In this document: positions 21,623 to 34,302 of the stretch, in pieces
How the letters are laid out: each line of letters begins with the position of its first letter
How positions within the stretch are numbered: position 1 is the stretch's first letter
Assembly: GCA_000432775.1 (NCBI GenBank)
Contig: HF990416.1
Coordinates: 44,683 to 108,682, forward strand
Length of the DNA stretch: 64,000 nucleotides
Reading direction: 5' to 3'
Source: Alistipes sp. CAG:831
GTDB taxonomy: Bacteria; Bacteroidota; Bacteroidia; Bacteroidales; UBA932
Made by a program: the position numbers and the translations under genes
The notes under the pieces: generated by a model
Databases searched by the model: none
What the model saw: the letters and a program-made list of their open reading frames with translations, nothing else
Told to the model about the DNA's origin: nothing

Positions 21623-22844
21623 TGTTTTTATCTGTTTTCTTTGTCGTCAAATATAATGCCGCAATGCCCAGGCAGGCGGCCAGGAATGAGGTGGCGAGGA
21701 TGGCCAGCTTACCGGCATTTATCATCGCCGGATCGGTAAAGGCCAGGTTGTCGATGAATATGGACATCGTAAAGCCTATACCGCCGAGTATTCCCAGAGC
21801 CAGTATCTGTATCCACCGCGTTCCCTCGGGTTTGCCGGCCAGACGCAGCTTGACCGCCAGCCAGCTGAAAACGAAGATTCCCAGAGGCTTGCCAAGCAGC
21901 AGCCCGAAGAAGACTCCGGGTATGACCGCAGGCATCGCACCATTGCCCAGGGAGGACGGATCTATCACCACTCCGGCATTTGCGAGCGCAAATATAGGCA
22001 TAATAAAGAAATGGACCCACGGATGCAGGGCCGTTTCCAGTTTTCCAAGCGGAGAGTCCGGACCGGTAAAAGCCCTGATATCGTCCTTTGACGTCTTGGC
22101 GGGAATGGTCATGGCCAGAATCACACCGGCAATGGTAGCATGAACTCCCGACTTGAATACGAAAATGAAGAGCACCGCACCGAGAATGAGATAGAACAGC
22201 AGGGATCGTATCCCGGCCCTGTTGAGCACCACCAGTGCCAGCACTGTCACCGCCGCGTAGACCAAGTAGATAAGATGGAGGTCATGGGACGGATAGAACA
22301 CCGCCAGGACTATGATGGCTCCTATATCGTCCACAACTGCGAGTGCCACCAGCAGGACTTTCAGGCCTATGGGGCAGCGCTTTCCCAGAAGTGACAGGAC
22401 TCCTATGGCGAAGGCTATGTCTGTGGCCATGGGTATGCCCCAGCCGGCGGCGGAAGGCGTACCGGCATTGAAGTATGTGTAGATGAGGGCCGGGAACACC
22501 ATCCCGCCCAGAGCCGCAAACATCGGCAGCATGGCCTTTTTCACCGTGGAGAGTTCTCCGACCAGGAGTTCCCTCTTGATCTCCAGGCCCACCGAGAAGA
22601 AGAAGACCGCCATCAGCACATCGTCCACCCACTGCCGCACGGACATGGTGAAGGAGAAATCGCCGAAGGAGAATCCCAGGCCTATATCCCAGAACCGGTG
22701 AAGCCAGCCGAGCGCCGGAATATTGGCCGCCGCCACTGCCACCACCGCGCACAGCAGGAGGAGAACACCCCCCGTCATACTGTTATGAAGAATCTTTTCG
22801 AGCAGCACTCGTCTGCGAAGCACGTACATTTTCGGATCAATCAT
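21612..22844 (-). CDS. nhaA: Na+/H+ antiporter NhaA
   Basis: NhaA signature GIPMATDIAFAIGVL, 11-12 TM. Confidence 0.85.
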   Translation of the reverse strand: MIDPKMYVLRRRVLLEKILHNSMTGGVLLLLCAVVAVAAANIPALGWLHRFWDIGLGFSFGDFSFTMSVRQWVDDVLMAVFFFSVGLEIKRELLVGELSTVKKAMLPMFAALGGMVFPALIYTYFNAGTPSAAGWGIPMATDIAFAIGVLSLLGKRCPIGLKVLLVALAVVDDIGAIIVLAVFYPSHDLHLIYLVYAAVTVLALVVLNRAGIRSLLFYLILGAVLFIFVFKSGVHATIAGVILAMTIPAKTSKDDIRAFTGPDSPLGKLETALHPWVHFFIMPIFALANAGVVIDPSSLGNGAMPAVIPGVFFGLLLGKPLGIFVFSWLAVKLRLAGKPEGTRWIQILALGILGGIGFTMSIFIDNLAFTDPAMINAGKLAILATSFLAACLGIAALYLTTKKTDKNNVI

Positions 22845-22888
22845 TACTTTAATAGGTTTGTTTCAGGTTATCAAGCCTACAAATATAA

Positions 22889-24010
22889 TCATTTTTCCCT
22901 AACGGAGAAAGTCATGGCCGCAAGGAGTCTGAAAAGCATACGGACTCCGGCATTTGCGTCCCACTCCCCTATGCCCGGAGCTACCTCGCAGAGGTCAAAA
23001 CCCACAATTCTCCTGCCTGAAAGGGCCAGGCGGTACAGAAGCCAGTCGGCCTGGGCAAAAGACAGTCCTCCGGGTACAGGGGTGCCGGTTCCCGGACAAT
23101 ACTCCGGAGACAGCCCGTCTATGTCGAAGCTTACATATACATCCTGAGGCAGCGCCGCTACCATCCTGTCGCAGAGCTCTCTCCAGGTAACTCCGTTGTA
23201 GAGGCCGTCCTTCAGGGAAAAGTCCGTAAATGTCACGAATCTGTCAGAAGAAGATGTCAGGGAATGCTCTGCAGAGCAGAAATCCCGTATGCCGACCTGT
23301 ACTATACGGCTGACACCGGGAACCTCCTTCATCACGTTGTACATGATGGAGGCATGTGAGTACCTGAATCCCTCGTACGCCTCCCTGGTATCGGAATGTG
23401 CGTCAATATGCAGTACACCCATCCCCGGGAAACGCCCGGCGAGAGCCCTTATCAGCCCTAAAGGTACACTGTGCTCGCCTCCTATCACAGCCACCTTTTT
23501 ACCTTGAGAGAGATATTTCTCAGCAGTGGACTCAACATACGAGTTTACAGCCTCTGACGCCATGTCCACATGAGAACAGAGTCCGGTCAGGACCGCCGGA
23601 TCAGCCCCTTGCTCCAGTGCAGAGACGACCATGGCCGATATCTTCCCGGCCTCGACATTCAGCCCGGCAATACGGTCATCCTGCGGCAGGGTCCACACTT
23701 TCATGCCGGCCACGTCGGGATACCTCTCGTCGAACAAGTCCACCTGGAGGGAGGCTCCGAGCATTGCCGCCGGTCCTTCGGCAGTCCCTTTGCCGTATGA
23801 GGCAGTAGCATCCCACGGAACCTGCACCAGCACCGTATCCGCCTCCTGCTCCGTACAAGGCAGACCGAAGAAATTGCCGTTCGCAATGCCTATGCTGTCC
23901 GGGTCAAAATCCTCCGCGCTTGTATTTCTCACACCTCCGTCTGACTGCACGACCTCCCCGAGAGTAGTCTCTGAGGCATATTTTCTCAATTTTTCAATTA
24001 GATTTTTCAT
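22889..24010 (-). CDS. Arginase/agmatinase/formiminoglutamase-family ureohydrolase
   Basis: Ureohydrolase motifs VIGGEHS, HIDAHSDTR, SFDIDGLSP. The first ATG is at 24010; the ORF track starts at a TTG at 24022. Confidence 0.7.
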   Translation of the reverse strand: MKNLIEKLRKYASETTLGEVVQSDGGVRNTSAEDFDPDSIGIANGNFFGLPCTEQEADTVLVQVPWDATASYGKGTAEGPAAMLGASLQVDLFDERYPDVAGMKVWTLPQDDRIAGLNVEAGKISAMVVSALEQGADPAVLTGLCSHVDMASEAVNSYVESTAEKYLSQGKKVAVIGGEHSVPLGLIRALAGRFPGMGVLHIDAHSDTREAYEGFRYSHASIMYNVMKEVPGVSRIVQVGIRDFCSAEHSLTSSSDRFVTFTDFSLKDGLYNGVTWRELCDRMVAALPQDVYVSFDIDGLSPEYCPGTGTPVPGGLSFAQADWLLYRLALSGRRIVGFDLCEVAPGIGEWDANAGVRMLFRLLAAMTFSVREK

Positions 24011-24067
24011 TTTAATTTGCAAGAAACTGAACTTTTGGGTAATTTTAGACGCGCAAAGGTAACAAAT

Positions 24068-26271
<2,204 letters not shown>

Positions 26272-26275
<4 letters not shown>

Positions 26276-27618
26276 GACATGCCCTGTATCATGAAGAGCT
26301 TGCCGTTGACATAGTCGAGAGCTTCTTCTACGAATTTATAGGCTTCGCTATCCTTATTTTCAGTGCGGTCCATAAATTCCCGGTAGCACTCAGCAGCATT
26401 CTTCCAGTCCTCCAGACGCTCATAGCAATAACCGAGGGAAGGCAGCATCGTAAGACGCTCCGGAGCATAAGCCCGCGCCTCCAGATACCTGTCCCTGGCC
26501 TCCGCAAACCGCTCTTTCCGGAGCAGCCAGTCCCCGTAGGCCGAATAGATGCGGTACATCACTTTCGGATCAGGCCGCATCATGCCGATGGCTCTGTCAA
26601 ACATACTGTAAGTAAGCGAATCACGTCTGGTCACACGACCCAGGATGCAGGCATACTGATACACCCCCTCTATATTCGTCGTATCGGCATTGTATGCATC
26701 CTCGAAGGCATACAGAGCCTTCAGCGGGTCAGTCTCCAGATAATTCAGACCCAGATAAAAATTCGTACTGTATGTCGAATCTCCCATCGCCCTCATCCTC
26801 TCGAACAGCCTGAGGGATTCGGGATATGTCTTCATGAGATAAAATGTCATTGCACGGATTCCGAGCACATTGAGCGAAGTATCCTGCTCGAGATACCTGC
26901 CGGTCATCTCCATCACGTCCCCGTACTGCTTCTGATCCAGTAGGATACTGGACGCCTTGTCTATGAGGTTCGCATTATAGGGGTTGAGTTCCAGTGCCTC
27001 CCTGTAGCATACCAGGGCCGAATCGGGCCGGCCGAGCATATTCCAGCTGTCTCCGGCGAGTGAGACTATCGCAGGTATACTGTCCACAGCCATTATCTTC
27101 TCCGCATTTGCAATACAGTCCTCGTACAGTCCGCAATAATAGAACAGAAGTGTCTGCTGCACCCTGAAATACAGATTCACAGGATCGAGCATGGTCACCA
27201 CCCCGTACAGGTTCAGAGCCTCCGTCAGGTCTCCCTGCTGAATACGGCAGTCAGCAATCTCAGCCATCACCGGTACCGGATTGGCCGCCCGGTCCAGTGC
27301 AATCACGGCCCCCAGCGCCTCCACCGCCTCATCGAAACGGTAGAGCTTCCGCAAGCACTGCGCCCTCCTGCCCTGAACCCACTTCTGAAGGCTCCTCTCT
27401 TCAGTAGACAAAGCCGCAACTGCCAATGAGTCATTCACATCTACCGTTATCATACTGTCCAGTCCGATCAGTGCCCCGTTGAAGTCATATCCTGCCATCT
27501 GCTCATCAATCCTCTTCTGCACGCCCCCATCCTGTGCAGCAGCGGTGAACTGCCCGACAAAAAGCACTGAGACAGCAGTCAGTGCCAATATTCTCAAGTA
27601 TCCCATATCCTTTGACAT
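26272..27618 (-). CDS. Secreted tetratricopeptide (TPR) repeat protein
   Basis: Signal peptide, multiple TPR-like helical repeats. Confidence 0.7.
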
Positions 27619-27737
27619 TTAGATTTTCAACAAAGATAACTTTTTTTCGTTATAAAACCGCGCACATATAAAAAAGATGGTGCGTCAAAAAAGAATATTT
27701 TTGCACACCACCTTCAGGACCAGTCAGCGACAACAGC

Positions 27738-28652
27738 CTACTTCCAAAGATGCTCCGGATAGACTCCGTCAGCTATCAGGCGGGCAATGCGCTCCACCAC
27801 GTAGGGCCTGTCCTGCTTGTAGGTCACTCCGAACCACTGGGCATCGCTGTTGAGGACTTTTAAGGAAACCTTACCCTCATTGATCAGCTGATTGACGCAC
27901 AGGGGGATGAAGAACTCGGCCTTGGGATTGGCCATATTCGCGGGATCGGACAGGAACTTTCTGAAAAGCGTCTCTGACTCGGCAAAGAAGTCCTGGGTGA
28001 AACCGAACAGATTCATGGAGACGACGGTATTCTCATCCAGCTGGTGCAGGCCTTCGGCATCCTTATACATGATACGCCCGTCTTCCACACGCTCTATGGC
28101 TGTGCGCTCGACAATGGAAACAAGGTTGCCTTCCGCATCGACACGGCACTCGCCTCGGGACACGCTGCCGTAATCCGAGAGAGTATTGCACAGATTGTAG
28201 CCGACCATAGAATACTTGCCGCGCATACCGTCTACCGAGCGCAGGTAATCCGCCAGTACCACATATCCCTCACGACCGTAGAAATCATCGGAGTTGATTA
28301 CCGCAAAGGGTGTTTTCACAGCCGGAGCCGCCATCATTACCGCATGACAGGTACCCCAAGGCTTTTCCCTACCTTCGGGAACGCTGAATCCCTCCGGCAG
28401 ATAATCCAGTTCCTGAAATACGAACTCTATCTCGACCTTGCCTCCGAAATGCTCGGGAGTGAAAATCTCCCGGAACTCCTTCTCGAAAGAATGTCTGATA
28501 ATAAACACCACCTTCCCGAACCCGGCACGGACTGCATCGTAGATCGAATAGTCGATAATAGCCTCTCCGTTGGGACCTACTCCGTCCATCTGCTTCAGGG
28601 AACCATAGCGGGAACCCATACCCGCTGCCAATACTACTAAAGTCGGTTTCAT
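27738..28652 (-). CDS. Sugar-phosphate nucleotidyltransferase family protein
   Basis: N-terminal LAAGMGSRYG..K nucleotidyltransferase glycine-rich loop. Confidence 0.65.
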   Translation of the reverse strand: MKPTLVVLAAGMGSRYGSLKQMDGVGPNGEAIIDYSIYDAVRAGFGKVVFIIRHSFEKEFREIFTPEHFGGKVEIEFVFQELDYLPEGFSVPEGREKPWGTCHAVMMAAPAVKTPFAVINSDDFYGREGYVVLADYLRSVDGMRGKYSMVGYNLCNTLSDYGSVSRGECRVDAEGNLVSIVERTAIERVEDGRIMYKDAEGLHQLDENTVVSMNLFGFTQDFFAESETLFRKFLSDPANMANPKAEFFIPLCVNQLINEGKVSLKVLNSDAQWFGVTYKQDRPYVVERIARLIADGVYPEHLWK

Positions 28653-28703
28653 ATACTGTCAAATACTTAAAATGCGTAATTCAAAACAAGAAATTATATC
28701 ACT

Positions 28704-28748
28704 AATTGAAAAAGAGGCCGTATCGAATCAACTTTCGATTACGGCCTC
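28704..28748 (-). terminator. Rho-independent terminator for the DUF1015-serA-serC transcript (- strand)
   Basis: The - strand reads GAGGCCGTAATCGAAAGTTGATTCGATACGGCCTC followed by TTTTTCAATT. It lies ~135 nt downstream of the DUF1015 stop. Confidence 0.6.
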
Positions 28749-28885
28749 CTTTAACGTACTTCAAGGTGCGTCAGAATGGGTAAGATGCAAGGCACTGAGG
28801 GTGAGCGCAAAGGAGTTTACTGCTGTAAATGACTGCCGCGCTCATCCCGAAAGTAACGCAGCAGATTGCCCATTATGACGCGCCA

Positions 28886-30130
28886 CTACCGTTCCAGCTT
28901 GTGGATAGCCAGACCGCTGCGCAGCTTGGGCTCGAACCAGGTAGTCTTGGGAGGCATGATATTGCCTGTGTCGGCTATCCTGATAAGCTGCTTCATGGAT
29001 ACGGGATACAGAGCGAAAGCCGCTGCCATCTCGCCTGAGTCGACTCTCTTCTTGAGCTCGCCGAGACCTCTGATACCTCCCACGAAATCAATGCGCTTCG
29101 AAGTACGGAGGTCCTTGATGTCGAGGAGCTTGTCGAAGATAAGGTTGGAGCAGATGGTCACGTCGAGGCATCCGATGGGATCGTTGTCGTCGTAGGTACC
29201 CTTCTTGGCTGTGAGGGAATACCAGTGGCCCCCGAGGTACATCGAGAAGTTGTGCAGGTTCTTGGGCTTGTAGATCTCGGTACCCATGTCCTTGATCTCG
29301 AAGTCAGCGCCCAGTTTCTCAAGGAACTGCTCTGGAGTAAGACCGTTGAGATCCTTCACAACGCGGTTGTAGTCGATAATCTTGAGGTGGCTCTCGGGGA
29401 ATACCACTGCCATGAAGTAGTTGTACTCCTCTGTTCCGTTGTGATTGGGATTCTGACGGCGCTTCTCCTCGCCTACGAGAGCGGCTGCAGCCGTCCTGTG
29501 GTGACCGTCGGCAACGTAGAATGCAGGAATGGTCGAGAATATCTCGGTGATCCTCTTGATATCCTCGTCATTGTCGATTACCCAGAAATGATGTCCGAAA
29601 CCGTCGTCCGGAGCCACGAAGTCGTACTCGGGCTTGCCGTCGGTGTACTTCTTCACGATGGCGTTGATCTCGGTGTTGTCAGGATAAGCGAAGAATACGG
29701 GCTCGATGTTGGCGTTCTGGATGCGGACGTGGATCATGCGGTCCTCCTCCTTGTCCTTGCGGGTGAGCTCGTGCTTCTTGATCTTGCCGGTGAGGTAGTC
29801 GTCCACATTGGCGCAGAGCACGATTCCGTACTGGGTACGGCCGTTCATCGTCTGGGCGTAAACATAGTAGCACTCCTTCTTGTCCTGTACCAGCCAGCCT
29901 TTCTCCTGCCATTTCTTGAAGTTCTCTACAGCCTTGTCGTATGCCTGCTGCGAGTGCTCGTCGATGATGGGGTCGAAGTCAATCTCGGGCTTGGTTATGT
30001 GGAGAAGGGATTTCTCGCCTGCCTCTTCCTTAGCCTCCTGGGAGTTGAGCACGTCGTAGGGACGGGCTGCCACCTCGGTTACTATGGCCTTGGGAGGGCG
30101 GATAGCTGCGAAAGGTTTTACTTTTACCAT
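28886..30130 (-). CDS. DUF1015 family protein (conserved partner of serA/serC in Bacteroidetes)
   Basis: The N-terminus MVKVKPFAAIRPPKAIVTEVAARPYDV matches the DUF1015 consensus. Adjacent to serA/serC. Confidence 0.7.
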   Translation of the reverse strand: MVKVKPFAAIRPPKAIVTEVAARPYDVLNSQEAKEEAGEKSLLHITKPEIDFDPIIDEHSQQAYDKAVENFKKWQEKGWLVQDKKECYYVYAQTMNGRTQYGIVLCANVDDYLTGKIKKHELTRKDKEEDRMIHVRIQNANIEPVFFAYPDNTEINAIVKKYTDGKPEYDFVAPDDGFGHHFWVIDNDEDIKRITEIFSTIPAFYVADGHHRTAAAALVGEEKRRQNPNHNGTEEYNYFMAVVFPESHLKIIDYNRVVKDLNGLTPEQFLEKLGADFEIKDMGTEIYKPKNLHNFSMYLGGHWYSLTAKKGTYDDNDPIGCLDVTICSNLIFDKLLDIKDLRTSKRIDFVGGIRGLGELKKRVDSGEMAAAFALYPVSMKQLIRIADTGNIMPPKTTWFEPKLRSGLAIHKLER

Positions 30131-30149
30131 ATCGTTTCTCTCCTATATG

Positions 30150-31070
30150 CTATTTGTTTACCTGGAACTTGCGGTTGCCTGTAGCGAAGAAGTCGCAGAT
30201 CTGGTTGGCAGCGGCTACTCCGGCATTGACATTGGCCTCGGCGGTCTCGGCACCCATCTTCTTGGGGGTAGCGAAGACTCTCTTGCCGAACTTCTCGTTG
30301 AGCTCGGCCTGGTTGCCGGCAGCGATGTCGGTGATGTACTTCAGGTCCTGTCTCTCCTCGAGCACCTTTACGAGCTCGGGCTCGTTGATGACTTCCTTGC
30401 GGGCGGTGTTCACGAGGCAGCCTCCCTTGGGCATCTTCGAAAGAAGAGCATATCCGATGGAACCCTTGGTCTCGTTGTTGGCAGGGATGTGGAGGGATAC
30501 GAAATCACTCTTGGCATAGAGGTCCTCGAGGGAAGCGGCAACTTCCACTCCTTCTGCCTGGATCTTCTCGGCGGGAACGAAGGGGTCAAAGGCCATGATC
30601 TTCATGCCAAAGCTCTTTGCGTGAGCGGCTACCAGACGGCCGACGTTGCCGTAAGCCTGGATACCGAGGGTCTTGCCCTTGAGCTCTGTACCTGTACCGG
30701 GGGTGAACTGGTTGCGGGAGATGTAGATCATCATGCCGATGGCCAGCTCAGCCACTGCGTTGGAGTTCTGGCCGGGAGTGTTCATGGCTACGATGCCTCT
30801 CTCGGTGCAGGCTGCCAGGTCGAGGTTGTCATAACCGGCACCGGCACGCACTACTATCTTCAGCTTGGGAGCAGCTGCGATGACCTCCTTGGTCACCTTG
30901 TCGGAACGCACGATGAGGGCGTCAGCATCAGCCACTGCTGCATAAAGCTGCTGAACATCGGTATATTTCTCGAGAGTTGCAAGCTCATGGCCGCCTTTCT
31001 CCACGATTTCGCGGATCTGGTCAACGGCTACCTTTGAGAAAGGTTTCTCGGTTGCTACTAATACTTTCAT
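30150..31070 (-). CDS. serA: D-3-phosphoglycerate dehydrogenase (short form without ACT domain)
   Basis: 2-hydroxyacid dehydrogenase NAD-binding motif GIQAYGNVGRLVA, catalytic R/E/H region. Operon context with serC. Confidence 0.8.
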   Translation of the reverse strand: MKVLVATEKPFSKVAVDQIREIVEKGGHELATLEKYTDVQQLYAAVADADALIVRSDKVTKEVIAAAPKLKIVVRAGAGYDNLDLAACTERGIVAMNTPGQNSNAVAELAIGMMIYISRNQFTPGTGTELKGKTLGIQAYGNVGRLVAAHAKSFGMKIMAFDPFVPAEKIQAEGVEVAASLEDLYAKSDFVSLHIPANNETKGSIGYALLSKMPKGGCLVNTARKEVINEPELVKVLEERQDLKYITDIAAGNQAELNEKFGKRVFATPKKMGAETAEANVNAGVAAANQICDFFATGNRKFQVNK

Positions 31071-31097
31071 TTCGTTGTAAGTTTTAAAGGTCCTGGA

Positions 31098-32171
31098 TTA
31101 TTTGTGCATTTTCTCAAACTCCTGCATGCAGGCGATCAGAGCCTCTACGGCCTCGATGGGGCAGGCGTTGTAGATGGAGGCGCGGAATCCGCCGACTGAG
31201 CGGTGGCCCTTGATACCTACCATGCCTCTCTCTTTTGCGAAGGCGAGGAACTCGTCCTGGAGGTCCTCATGACCGGGAGCCATCACGAAGCATACGTTCA
31301 TCAGGGAGCGGTCCTCCTTGGCGGCTGTACCTACGAAGAGGGAGTTGCGGTCGATCTCGTCATAGAGCATGCCGGCTTTCTTCTTGTTGAGCTCATACAT
31401 GGCCTTCACGCCGCCCTGAGCCTTAACCCACTTCAGGGTCTCGGTCATAACGAAGATGGAGAATACAGGAGGGGTGTTGAACATGGACTCGCCCTCAATG
31501 TGTGTACGGTAGTCGAGCATGGTGGGCAGATAGCGGGAAACCTTGCCGAGAATCTCGTCCTTTACGATAACGAATACCACGCCGGCAGGACCTACGTTCT
31601 TCTGGGCACCACCGTAGATCAGAGCATACTTGGAAACATCCACGGGACGGCTCATGATATCGGAAGACATATCGGCTACGAGGGGCACGGGGCAGTCCAT
31701 ATCCTCATGGATCTCGGTACCCTTGATGGTGTTGTTGGTTGTGATGTGGAAGTAGTCGAGGTCTGTGGGGATCTCATATCCTTTGGGGATATAGGTGTAG
31801 TTCTTGTCAGCTGAGGAAGCAACTGCATAAGCATTTCCGATGCCCTTTGCCTCTTTCAGAGCCTTCTTTGCCCATACACCTGTCTCCAGGTAACCGGCCT
31901 TGTTCTCGAGGAGGTTCATGGCGACATAGAGGAACTGGAGGGATGCACCGCCACCGAGGAAGAGGACGCTGTATCCGTCGGGAATGTTGAGAAGCTCTTT
32001 CCAGAGGGCGCGGCACTCGTTCATCACGGCCTCCCACTCCTTGCTTCTGTGAGACACTTCTATTACGGACATTCCTGTTCCCTTGAAATCCTTAAGGGCT
32101 TCGATAGCCGCTTCGATAGCCGGTTTGGGCAGAACGCAGGGACCGGCGTTGAAATTGTAAGCTTTTTTCAT
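31098..32171 (-). CDS. serC: Phosphoserine aminotransferase
   Basis: [16 protein letters not shown]-terminus, class V aminotransferase PLP region. Confidence 0.9.
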   Translation of the reverse strand: MKKAYNFNAGPCVLPKPAIEAAIEALKDFKGTGMSVIEVSHRSKEWEAVMNECRALWKELLNIPDGYSVLFLGGGASLQFLYVAMNLLENKAGYLETGVWAKKALKEAKGIGNAYAVASSADKNYTYIPKGYEIPTDLDYFHITTNNTIKGTEIHEDMDCPVPLVADMSSDIMSRPVDVSKYALIYGGAQKNVGPAGVVFVIVKDEILGKVSRYLPTMLDYRTHIEGESMFNTPPVFSIFVMTETLKWVKAQGGVKAMYELNKKKAGMLYDEIDRNSLFVGTAAKEDRSLMNVCFVMAPGHEDLQDEFLAFAKERGMVGIKGHRSVGGFRASIYNACPIEAVEALIACMQEFEKMHK

Positions 32172-32246
32172 ATTGTATTAAAAATTTTAAAGGTTATGAA
32201 TTTTAAATTAATTAAAGCCAAAGTTATAAAATATTTCTCACAAAAT

Positions 32247-32696
32247 TCAAATGTCTGTGATTTTCTCACAATATGAGCACTGAAGTCTTATTTCCGAGCC
32301 TTTTACGATGGTTTTGAATCTGGTCGGGATGTTCTCATGGTTGGTGACGCACATGGGGTTGATGCACTTTACTATGCCGGTGATGGTCTCGGGGATGGTG
32401 AGCACCTTCTTCTCCACCACCTCGAAGTCGCGGATGATATTGACGCTGGCATTGGGGGCGATGAGGGCTATCTTGTTGAGCTCGTCATCCTTGAAAAATC
32501 TCTCCGATATCTTGATGATGCCCTTGCTGCCCATGGACTTGCTGTCCAGATTGACTCCGAATGTCACAGGATGGGCCGAATCATAAAGTCCCAGGATATC
32601 TATCACCTTGAACACCTGGCCCGAGGGTATGTGGTCGAGTACCGTCCCGTTCTTGATGGCACTTACCTTGAGCTGTTTCTCCTTATTGTTTTCCAT
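32247..32696 (-). CDS. pyrI: Aspartate carbamoyltransferase regulatory subunit
   Basis: KVSAIKNGTVLDHIP, C-terminal zinc domain CINPMC...CSYCE. Confidence 0.9.
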   Translation of the reverse strand: MENNKEKQLKVSAIKNGTVLDHIPSGQVFKVIDILGLYDSAHPVTFGVNLDSKSMGSKGIIKISERFFKDDELNKIALIAPNASVNIIRDFEVVEKKVLTIPETITGIVKCINPMCVTNHENIPTRFKTIVKGSEIRLQCSYCEKITDI

Positions 32697-32707
32697 TGCC
32701 TTTCCTC

Positions 32708-33616
32708 CTATCTTTTACCGAGTAAGTATGAGATAATGGCCATACGGACGTACATTCCGTTCTCAGCCTGTTTGAAATACCATGCGTGGGGAGTGTCGTC
32801 CACGTCCACGGCTATCTCCTGCAGCCTGGGCAGGGGATGGAGGATCTTCATGTTGGGCCGCACGCCGGAAAGCATGGAGGCATTGAGACTGTAGACATTC
32901 TTGACCTTCTCGTACTCCACCGGGTCCGTGAAGCGCTCCTGCTGGATCCTGGTCATGTAAAGGATGTCCGTGCTGTCCAGGTACTCGCGCAAGTCGGAGG
33001 TCTCCTTGTAGGGAATGCCCTTGCTGTCCATGAAGTCGCGGTACTCCTGCGGCAGCTTCAGCTCGTCGGGGGCCGTAAACTCGAACTCCGGCGAGAAATG
33101 GCTCATGGCCTGCAGCAGCGAGTGGACCGTCCGTCCGTACTTCAGGTCACCTACCATGTTGATGTTGATCCCGTCCAGACGGCCCTGGGTCTGCCTGATG
33201 GTATAGAGGTCGAGCAGGGTCTGGGTCGGATGCTGGTTGGCACCGTCACCGGCGTTGATGACAGGGACGGAAGCCACCTCGGATGCATAGCGGGCACTGC
33301 CTTCCAGCGGATGCCTCATCACTATCAGGTCCACGTAGTTGGACACCATCTTGATGGTATCCTTGAGACTCTCGCCCTTGCGGATGCTGGTGTTGGCGGC
33401 GTCCGAGAAACCGATAACCCTGGCCCCCAGCCTGTTGGCAGCCGTCTCGAAACTCAGGCGCGTCCTGGTGGAAGGCTCAAAGAAAATACAGGCCACCACC
33501 TTGTCGCTCAGGAAAGTCTGAGACTTGTTGTGCTCAAACTCCTCAGCCACGTCGAGGATGTGCAGGATCTCCTCCTTGGTGAAATCCTGAATTGAAATTA
33601 AACTCTTTTTAGCCAT
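32708..33616 (-). CDS. pyrB: Aspartate carbamoyltransferase catalytic subunit
   Basis: STRTRLSFE and HPTQTLLD, with the ...HPLPR.. motif. The ATG at 33616 is chosen; the ORF track starts at a TTG at 33628. Confidence 0.9.
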   Translation of the reverse strand: MAKKSLISIQDFTKEEILHILDVAEEFEHNKSQTFLSDKVVACIFFEPSTRTRLSFETAANRLGARVIGFSDAANTSIRKGESLKDTIKMVSNYVDLIVMRHPLEGSARYASEVASVPVINAGDGANQHPTQTLLDLYTIRQTQGRLDGININMVGDLKYGRTVHSLLQAMSHFSPEFEFTAPDELKLPQEYRDFMDSKGIPYKETSDLREYLDSTDILYMTRIQQERFTDPVEYEKVKNVYSLNASMLSGVRPNMKILHPLPRLQEIAVDVDDTPHAWYFKQAENGMYVRMAIISYLLGKR

Positions 33617-33624
33617 ATCTTGTA

Positions 33625-34239
33625 TCAAAATATTTCCTCAACCCTCGCCTCCGCATCCTCCATCCTCTGCCGGAACCGCTCCACATCACTGAGCCTCACC
33701 CTCATCTCCATCCTGCACACCTCCTCGGCAAGATACTTGGAAGGAGCTATGCCCATGTCCTTCAGGACTCTCATCACCCGGTCCATGGCTGCATAATCGA
33801 ACGTAACCGCAAATCCGCCGGAGGCCACCTTCTCGAGCACCTCCGCATGGTCCAGGGCATCCGCCGCAGCTGTCCTATAGGCCCGGATCAGGCCCGGAAC
33901 CCCCAGCTTTGTCCCCCCGAAATACCTCACCACGACGATCAGCACATCGCTCAGCTCCCGCGAGAGTATCTGCCCGTATATCGGACGGCCCGCCGTGGAG
34001 GAAGGCTCTCCGTCATCATTGTACCTCCACACATTCCCGCTCAGTCCCAGCCTGTAGGCATAGCAGTGATGACGGGCATCGTAGTACTCCTTGCGTATCC
34101 TTGCCAGATGCGCCTTGACCTCATCTTCCGAGACCACAGGGTATGCAAAAGCGAGAAACTTACTCCCCTTTTCCTTATACAGCCCTTCAGCTGGGCTTGA
34201 AATGCTTCTGAAAGTATCGTTTCTCTGCTCTGATTCCAT
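33625..34239 (-). CDS. yigZ: IMPACT/YigZ family protein (UPF0029)
   Basis: N-terminal IMPACT domain [12 protein letters not shown]...[10 protein letters not shown]. Confidence 0.8.
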   Translation of the reverse strand: MESEQRNDTFRSISSPAEGLYKEKGSKFLAFAYPVVSEDEVKAHLARIRKEYYDARHHCYAYRLGLSGNVWRYNDDGEPSSTAGRPIYGQILSRELSDVLIVVVRYFGGTKLGVPGLIRAYRTAAADALDHAEVLEKVASGGFAVTFDYAAMDRVMRVLKDMGIAPSKYLAEEVCRMEMRVRLSDVERFRQRMEDAEARVEEIF

Positions 34240-34302
34240 GACCGGCCATTTGAGGCCCTAAGTTAGCAATTTTTTTTAACTTTGGGACCCTATTTCGGAA
34301 AA

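Noticed and set aside
28672-28878. 68-aa ORF in the NTP-transferase/DUF1015 spacer
   Set aside because: It lies in a 3'-UTR/terminator region, spans the terminator hairpin, and has no coding bias or homology.
32219-32244. Candidate serC promoter (TAACTTTG on the - strand with upstream TTTG)
   Set aside because: The -33/-7 spacing (~14 nt) is shorter than the usual 17-23 nt, so it is reported only as context in a finding and not as a feature.
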